From Octopus sinensis (lineage: Eukaryota), in the NCBI RefSeq assembly GCF_006345805.1, contig NC_043001.1, positions 60,884,001-60,948,000 of the forward strand: a stretch of 64,000 nucleotides of DNA, read 5' to 3'. Below the pieces are notes generated by a model that had not been told where the DNA came from, did not search any database, and worked only from the letters and a program-made list of their open reading frames with translations. Both the position numbers and the translations under genes were made by a program. Shown one piece after another: positions 55,321-64,000 of the stretch. Each line of letters opens with the position of its first letter. The first letter of the stretch is position 1.

Positions 55321-55639
55321 CACCTGCTCCTAGATGGAAAACAAAGTCAAGCTCGTTAGCACAGAAGGTGAGAAAAATATCGCAAGATATTCTCTCCAGT
55401 GCTCCAATAACTGTCAATTCAACTTCAAGTTTGATAACTATTTGAAATAATTAGTCAATATTGAAATGTTCGAATCAAGCGCGGCCTATTATTGGACACT
55501 TAAAAACAGAAAAGTACTTTATTCATTCACGAGATTAACTTCATAACAACAGGGAATTTTTTTTAATGTAATATAACTGGGCAAGCAATGTAAATTGGCA
55601 AACGAGTAAATACTCGGAACTTTATAAACAGCAGCAGGA

Positions 55640-55879
55640 AAGGTGGAGAAAGAGGAGGAGGAAAGATGGGAGGAGAGAAAGGAGATGGGGAGGAGGAGGA
55701 AGAGGAGGAGGATGAGAGGAATGAGAGGAAGAAGAAAAAAGGGAAGAGGGGCGGAAGAGAAGAAAGAGAAGAAGAAGAAGAAGATGGTGGAGGAGGAGAA
55801 GAAGAAGAAGAAGAAGAAGAAGAAGAAGAAAAAGAAGAAAAAGAAGAAGCCGACGAAGAAGAAGAAGAAGAAGAAGAAG

Positions 55880-55910
<31 letters not shown>
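55640..55910. repeat. (GAA)n/(GAG)n purine tract
   Basis: Direct reading. Source of the poly-K and poly-E ORFs. Confidence 0.97.
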
Positions 55911-56540
55911 TTACCCCGTCCGGGCTGACGATGCTGTATCTTTTATCTTTTGTTTGACTTGTTTTATTTGTTAGACCATGGCCATGCTGGGTCTAACAAC
56001 GATCTGGCACCGTCTTATCGAATACTTAGTCGAATGATTCCACGCGAATGTTTATATATTTAAACCTGGTACTTATTTTATTGATCACTTTCACCAAACA
56101 CACCCGCAGTGTATGTCTAGTCGTGTTGAGAAACAAACTCAGTTACAAAGACTTCCTTTTTTCTCACATAGACACACACACACACACACACGCATTTATT
56201 TTACTGTTTGTATATGTAGTTGTGTACCATGTTTTCCGTGTTTTGTCTTTTTGTGTACCATGTTCTACGTTTTTTTGTCTTTGTTACCGTACACATTCGC
56301 TATCTTTATTTACAAAGAGGTTATAATGCTCTTAGCTTAGATTTTTGGCGGGGAACCAGATCGAACAATCTCATGTGTACCTGCCTGAAACGGTTGTGAC
56401 TTCTGGTACTTGACTGAGGAATGAAGTCCACGAATGACCCGTATTTTTTTGCCTGTCCTTCTAATGTTGTTTCTCTTGTCCGCCTTTGTATCGTCTATCC
56501 GTCCGAATGTTTTATTGTCCTCTATTGTGATTTTGTTTCA

Positions 56541-56613
<73 letters not shown>

Positions 56614-56618
56614 ATGCG

Positions 56619-56649
<31 letters not shown>

Positions 56650-57050
56650 GTATGTATTTATATATGCATACATATATGTAAGTATAAATGTGATTTGTAT
56701 GTAGATATATCCAAATTGAGGGAATGGAGCAGGTAAAATCCAGATTATATATGCTTCTTCGCTAGCAGAAGCTCGGGGATGATAATTAATAAACAAGGGG
56801 CACTCCACTAGCTAACTCGAGATCACTCGATGACAATATAACTTCAATTGACTAAGGGATCATTGATGTGATGAGTAGCTAGTGGAGTACACCTCGTTGA
56901 ATAGTCATTATTTCCGAGGTTTTGCTAGGTTGGAAGCAGACGTAGCCTGAATTTTACCAGCTCCATTCCCTACCTACTACGAATCTTACTAACATCGTAC
57001 ACTTAGATCGTTGAGTCTTAAATTATAGACACATACATATATATATATAA

Positions 57051-57093
<43 letters not shown>

Positions 57094-57097
<4 letters not shown>

Positions 57098-58234
57098 TTT
57101 AGAGATAGTAGACCCCTACCTCTCAGCAAATAAAAAGAATTTTTACTTTTATTTTAAATACCTACTGTTTTATTACTTGGCAACACGTGTTTTATGAGGT
57201 ACATCCTCGGGTTCCTAAACCACTACGTGTTTCCCTGGAATCCCTCTCAAGATGCCAAGGTTCCCTGGAACCCCTCTCAAGAAATAATAGTTCAAAGTAG
57301 CAGGAAATAGGGTGTGAGTACTTCGCTGGACTTTCCAATGCCAGGCCATAATTAAGACGTTGTAGGATAATGGAACTGTGTAAATTTAAAAAAAAAGTTA
57401 CTATTCGTATCACTTGAAAATTGTTTTAAAGCGTTACCATTCGTATCACTTGAAATTTTTTTTTAAATGTTACCATTCGTATCACTTAAATTTTTATTTT
57501 TAAAGTTACCATTCGTATCACTTGAAATTTTGCAGTTCGTATTGGAACTATAGCTTATTTATTTGAAATTATCATTTCGTCATTGCCTCCATGTTTATTA
57601 ACTTTTATTCGTGTATATTTTCTTTGCCATCCCGTTTATTTTTATTTTTATTTTTATTTTTAAACGTACTTACTTTTATTCGCATATATTTTTTCTTGCT
57701 ATTCCTTTCATTTTTATTCACATTTTTTTATATGTTATTAACATAGTATTTGTAATTTTTTTTATATATTATTAACATAGTGTTTGCAAATATAATTTTA
57801 TTTGGAACACTATATATTACTAACATAGTTTTTGTAAATTTTCGTATATTTAAAAAAAACTTTTATTCTTTACTTTATTCGTGTAACTTTTATTTATGTA
57901 ACTTTTTATCTTTATTTGAATTTTTATCTGAAAAGTCTGTAGAGTCCAGCAAAACTAATTTAAACATACCTAATTTAAGCATGCCTATTTTACACATACT
58001 TAAGGGTTTTAAAAAATATTGTTTATTGTATTGAACGTTGATAAAGTTATATAAGGGCCTGATGATTGGGGTGGCATCTTGAGAGGGGTTCCAGGGAAAC
58101 ACTGAGTGGTTTAGGAACCCGAGGATGTACCTCATCAAACACGCATTGCCAAGTAATAAAACAGTATGTATTTAGAAAAAAAATAAAAATTATTTTTATT
58201 TGTGAGAGGGAGGGGTCTACTATCTCTAAATTAA
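57094..58234. mobile_element. Non-autonomous DNA transposon with about 165-bp terminal inverted repeats
   Basis: 57094-57256 is the reverse complement of 58070-58234 with few mismatches (ttaatttagagatagtagacccct...gaggtacatcctcgggttcctaaaccact). AT-rich interior with tandem repeats. Confidence 0.85.
57397..57533. repeat. Four-copy minisatellite, about 36-bp unit with core gttac(c/t)attcgtatcactt
   Basis: Direct reading, inside the TIR element. Confidence 0.9.
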
Positions 58235-58313
58235 AATATATTTCTTCATTGAGAATAATTTTAACCTCTGTTATGCCGGAATTTTTATTCCCTAAAAAAT
58301 AATATATATATAT

Positions 58314-58416
<103 letters not shown>

Positions 58417-58434
58417 GCATATATATGTATATAA

Positions 58435-58600
58435 GCAACAGGTTTCTTTCAGTTTCCATCTACCAAATTCACACATAAGGCTTTGGTCGGCCCGAGGCTA
58501 TAGTAGAAGACAGTTACCGAAAGTGCCACGCAAATGAACTGAACCTGGAATCATGTGGTTTAGAAGCAAGCTTCCTATCACAAAGCCGGTCCTACGCCAG
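58435..58600 (-). mobile_element. SINE family A, 5' half
   Basis: caaattcacacataaggctttggtcggcccgaggctatagtagaagac. Confidence 0.85.
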
Positions 58601-60620
58601 TATTATCTTTATTTTTGTTCGATCCTTTATTTATGCTAGCTTTCTCACCTATGTAATTCCGTGAAGCTGTGAGTAATTACATCCTTTTAACAATTCCCTG
58701 GGGTCATTGGGGTATGGTATGATAAAATATTACAGTATTAAATATTTACATCTATGATTATTCTAAATCTTACCGCATGAATAATACATTGCAAAGTTGT
58801 GTGAATCATATATGGCATATTTCGATCCGAACATGATTATGCTTGATCTATAAACTGCAGCTTATTTGATGGATCTAATACCTTTAGATCTGATAATTCA
58901 ATAGTTCAATATCGATCTAAAACACATCAGTTATTAATGTAATGTAATAATATAACTGTCGAGGGAGATATGACGAAAAAAAAGAACAATGCCATCCGAA
59001 GTAGTTTACTGAAGTCTACATAAACAAAATGACGAACAAAAGATAATGCGTCTTCGTTGATGGTCATCTTTGAGTGTAATTACAGTCTTCGAGGAAGCTA
59101 TGTTTTCATTAATGTTAACTGCATATTCTATTGACTGTTTTGCAGCGTACTGTCGTATAACAATCGATTGGATACCTAGGGGTTAAGTAACAAATTTGGT
59201 TAAGTAACAAATAAGATATATCAAGAAGATATTATGAACACAATTTTTATAAAATTGTGCAACGGATAACGTAGATTTTCTGAACACTAAAATATTACTA
59301 CTATTGCACTAAATTATAGAAACTAAAGAGAAAGCCTACAAGAGATTACCTTAAACCGCTACAAGTAGCCACAGATACTCTTGTAGCTATAACACTAATG
59401 TTTAATAACATACTGGGAAGAAGTATAACATATTTTAAGTATATCATCTTTATAAATAAGACGAGACGGTCATAGTTGTACCGAATGTATTTCACCAAAA
59501 ACCAGCTTGATCAGGGCAGATGTGGGACAAGCTAGTAACAACATTATTAAACATAACAAATGCAAATATATATGTTTCAAATGTACTCAAGCATTATTAT
59601 TAAAATGCCTTGCCTTCGAAATGAGAGTAACTTAGATTAGAAACAGATGTCGGCCAGTGAGTCTGAATTTGTAAATCCTATGTATATTTACTTAATGCCA
59701 TTTAATGCTTCAATAAAACATGGATTTGGTACTTACGACAAATTTGCATACCAAAATATATGGTGTTTTAGTTATATATAATTTATTTCTTTTACAAATA
59801 GATGCGTATGTTTATGAGATCACATTGTCAATAGTTACACACGTTCCCACAGTTTTTGTCTTCCAATTCGTATGATGTTAAACCGAAAGAAAGCGCAAAT
59901 AAGTAGGAATGTGTCCTCAGATCTAAATATAACCCTGAAATATATTCTTATATTGTAGTCAATTTGAACAACTCTGTAAAACTTTATCAAATGTGAACTC
60001 CATACTCAAGTCTAATTCAGCATCTATCTTATCCATCCAAACAAGGTTATTTCTTACATTGAGTCATTGTCAAAACTGCATTTACCTTCATAGGCATGAA
60101 TACGTATATAGGGTGTAACGAAAGCAATCTAATATTTCATTTCGATATTGCATTATCTCATTCTTGCCAAATTCAAAGATCAATGAAATGAAATATAGGC
60201 TTTTCATTTGCATCAATTCATGCCGGATCGAAGGATACGTTCTCCTTTGTCGCCGAAGCTTTGTTAAGAAACTGAGCTGAGCGTGCATAGGCACTAAATA
60301 AGAAAATAGTAAAGATAGCTTTTCTCTACTAAATATATTCTTTGATATTTAACCATGGAAGTAGAAATATGGATATGACTTACGTCCTAGGTGATATTGC
60401 AACACACTCATTACTATTGTTACTTGAATTATTATGATCCTAGTGACGTCATTCGGATTACCAGTATCTTTTCAGTCGATATACTCGATTGCCTCGTGCA
60501 GCCATTTCAAATAAAAAGAAATATCCATAAACATAGGTTCCAATAAGACACCTTAGAAGATAAACATATATGTGTGTGTGTGTGCATGTGTGTATGTGTG
60601 TGTATGTGTGTGTATGTGTA

Positions 60621-61806
60621 TAAAGTGGAAAAGAAATGCTTTCGTTTCACAGTTTAATATCTTTTTATAAAGTTTTTTTAAATATATACATATTTTATGG
60701 ATGATGTGATATCCAACCGGTTTTCGCTATTTACATTAGCTTTTCCAGGGACATTGTGAAGTAATTAATTCTTGTGACAAAGGGGTCTCGCTATTTTGGA
60801 TCCTTGAAAGATAAGAATGAGTCTACAGAGTGGACACCTCAAAATAACACCCATTGAACCATGGAATTAAACGTGCCAACACATTGGACGCAAACACATT
60901 AAGAACAACAAAACAAAACATCACACCTCACTTTAAATCACTCCCATACCTATCAACCCACAACCCTAGAAACAATGAAGCATACAAAACAATTATGCAA
61001 AATCTCCCTCTGGTCACTCAAGACCCGAAAAACATCCTATATACACATAAAGACTTCAAATGCAAAAGACAATGCAAATCACTTAAGAGACTCCTAACAA
61101 ATGCAAAACTATACACAATATATGCAAAACCAACAGTAAAAAAAGATGCAGATGACCTAATTGTGGTACGTGCCCATACCTTACTGAAGGCTCGGAATTC
61201 ATATTCCAGCAAGGAGAAACATTTTCAATTAAAACCAACTTCACATGTGTTTCCTAGAAACTTATCTATCTCCTAACCTGCTCAGGTTGTCGCCACAATT
61301 ATGTGAGACACAGAGCCACGCTGCATAAAGAACAGATTCGTTTTCCTCAAAACAGGTAGATAGCCCTGAGCGAATATTTTTACTGATTCGCGAGAAATAA
61401 AACGGCGAATTTCCATATCTTTCCATTATACCAATGCAAAAATTCAATCGCCTTAAAAGAACGCCTAAATAAGGAAAACCTGTTCAAAGAAAAGTACAGA
61501 CCACACCTTAATATACAAACTTGACCTCTTAAAAAATTATACTGAGGAGTTAGTTGACACCCCCCCCAGCCACTTGTTGCCTACCTTGGTTCCCTCTCTA
61601 GACTCATTCATATTTTTCAAGCATACAAAATGGGGAGACCCATTTTTCACAAGAATTGATTACTTCACAATATCCCTTGAAAAGCTAATTTAAATAGCGA
61701 AAACCAGTTAGATATCACGACATCCATAAAATATGTATATTTTAAAAAATTCTTTGTTAAAGGATATTAAACTATGTGAAATGTAGACATTTCTTTTCCA
61801 CTTTTA
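60621..61806 (+). mobile_element. 5'-truncated Penelope-like element flanked by about 210-bp inverted terminal repeats
   Basis: 60621-60830 is the approximate reverse complement of 61594-61806. The interior encodes LPYLSTHNPRN...CKSLKRLLT, CGTCPYL and LIYLLTCSGC...FHIFPLY (same GIY-YIG type as the 36 kb copy). Confidence 0.88.
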
Positions 61807-61952
61807 TATGTTTTCCACATATTTTCAACTCATAATTTGCCACGTGGTGTATACTGAATCTCCAGTATTTTTGCTCCTTTTATATTTTTATATTCCTTTC
61901 TCTCTCTCTACATATATATTTGTTATTTTATTTCTTTATTACACACACACAG

Positions 61953-62037
<85 letters not shown>

Positions 62038-62396
62038 TTTTATAGTATTTCTTAATTTTATAATTAACCATTATTTATAAAATTAATCTAATTTTTGTAT
62101 CTCTATAAATTCATATTTAGCTTATATTAAACTATACTGATATATTCAATACTTATTTTTTTAAATGCTTAGATTATAATTTTATTTTTATTGATATATC
62201 ATTGATATAGCATGTTCTTTTACCTCAATACTTATTTATTAATACCAGTATATACCAATTAATCAATATTCACAGATACAATTTGATGGGTTATTATGTA
62301 AATGTACAATATGTACAATTTATATATGCATATAGCGGCGTACGTATACTTTTGCTCGCCTTATATTTGAATATAATATATATATATATTATATAT

Positions 62397-62430
<34 letters not shown>

Positions 62431-62465
62431 CATGTACATATATGTATAAATATATATGTTTGTAC

Positions 62466-63206
62466 TGTAGACAGTTACTGCCTTTGAAACCAGTTGTCTC
62501 ATCCATTGGCCATTGAATGGCGTACATCATGGTGTTACATTGTGGGAAAATTAAATCTATAGCTTATGGACGGCGCAAGCAAAGTGATTAGACTATTTAC
62601 TTCCTGCTGCGATTCCAAGTGATGTAACGGTCACACATAACCACCTCTTTTATATGAATAAGTAACACCGTTTTCAGTAAAGCACTTTAAGCTATTTATT
62701 TTGCAGTGAAGAACTTCGCTCACCTTCTCGAGGGTAAGGAGTTCATGGTTTTCACTTATCAAAAACCGTTACCGTTTGCACTGTTGGCCAGTTCGCCAGT
62801 GACATTCACCACATTGCGGGCACATACAGCATTCCTGCAGACACCCTATCTCACCTCACAGTTTGTTCTCTGTTATCTCGTACATCAATTGGACTCTTTG
62901 TGTGGGACTTCACCACAGTTTCCCTGTTGTAAATTCGAGAACCTGCCTTTTCCATCTTCTGAAGGGATCATTCTTTGCGATGTTTCCACCGGGTCACTCC
63001 GACCCCTGGTCCCGAGCATTATCGTCGTCCTGTTTCCAAAGCCTTGCAATCGCTATTACACAGAGGCATTGCGGCCACGGTTAAGTTTATTTCGGCTCGA
63101 TTTTTCTGGTCGAATATGCGACGTTCTATCACTGTTTGGTCACGCGCCTGTCTACGTTGTCAACGTGCGAAAATACACAGTCATATATATACATATATAT
63201 ATATAT

Positions 63207-63277
<71 letters not shown>

Positions 63278-63766
63278 TATACATATATATATAAACATAT
63301 ATATGTCCACACTACACACACACACACTGTTTGCCATGCATCACATGCATCCATACGGTTGTATATATGTCCTCAAGCACCACACACACACTGTTGTTTT
63401 CCTTTTGTATGCATGTTGCACTTACTTCTGTTCTTTGTGTATGCAGATTTTTTCCTTAATGTCTCTTTTTCACATTGTACACATTTCTCCCACTGTCGCC
63501 TCTTTGCAATGTCCATGCGTTTGTATTCCCTTAACTTTCCGTCCAGCTTTCATAATTTCCGACTTCGAGCTTTGCAGGGGAGCCATGTAGACAGTTACCT
63601 CCTTTGAAAGCAGTTGTCCTATCAATTGGCCACTGGATGACGTACGTCGTGGTGTTACATTGTGGGAGAATTAAATCTATAGCTTTTGGAAGGCGCAAGT
63701 AAAGTGTTTAGACGTATTTTCTTCCAGTCGCGCTTGCAAGTGATGTAACGGTCACACATAACCACA
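62466..63766 (+). mobile_element. Internally deleted Ty3/Gypsy LTR retrotransposon
   Basis: About 180-bp direct LTRs 62466-62645 and 63586-63766 starting TGTAGAC, second ending CA. PPT-like gcaggggagcca before LTR2; flanks gtac/atac. Interior has RNase H-like FAHLLEGKEFMVFTYQKPL and integrase-like ARFFWSNMRRSITVWSRACLRCQRAKI. Confidence 0.85.
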
Positions 63767-64000
63767 ATACGAATGCACAGAAACTGCTTTTATTTCTTTC
63801 TATACAAATACTGTAATTTGGATGCAGTATCAAGATTAAAACGACTTACGGCGGTATTTGCAAATACTTATCGTCTTTTTTTAAAATTTTATTTGGAGAA
63901 TGTTTGCCTTCTAAGTTTCAGCTTTGTTTGTTATGAGTAAAGCTTCCTAAAGTATACTGGCACCAACGACATATAAATAACAGCACAACATTTGCTCTTT

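Noticed and set aside
55643-55974. Poly-Lys and poly-Glu ORFs
   Set aside because: Translation of a (GAA)n/(GAG)n tract; no flanking coding context.
57397-57533. CRISPR-like repeat spacing
   Set aside because: Spacers are short, AT-only and similar to each other. It is a eukaryotic minisatellite inside a TIR element, with no cas genes.
60086-60293. Minus-strand 208-bp exon candidate
   Set aside because: The only long open frame hits TGA two bases before the donor; no recognisable protein.

Overview
AT-rich eukaryotic DNA with dense (TA)n/(CA)n/(GATA)n microsatellites and many transposon relics. The repeat landscape suggests an Octopus-like cephalopod genome (inference from repeat style, no search run). 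No intact protein-coding gene is visible, and most track ORFs are microsatellite or TE read-throughs. Recognisable content: one full-length dead mariner, several Tc1/mariner relics, at least five Penelope-like (RT/GIY-YIG) relics, two R4/Dong-like and two RTE LINE relics, Helitron pieces, an internally deleted Gypsy with short LTRs, a TIR element and about 18 tRNA-derived SINE copies from two main families. The most interesting signal is a set of minimal type I hammerhead-ribozyme motifs with palindromic stem III, mostly in Penelope terminal repeats. One short microsatellite-embedded element, present twice, carries a fully foldable hammerhead whose C3-G8 core pair is swapped to G3-C8. Also notable: several pre-miRNA-like hairpins, long imperfect inverted repeats, and strongly AT-eroded Penelope relics that still carry perfect duplications.
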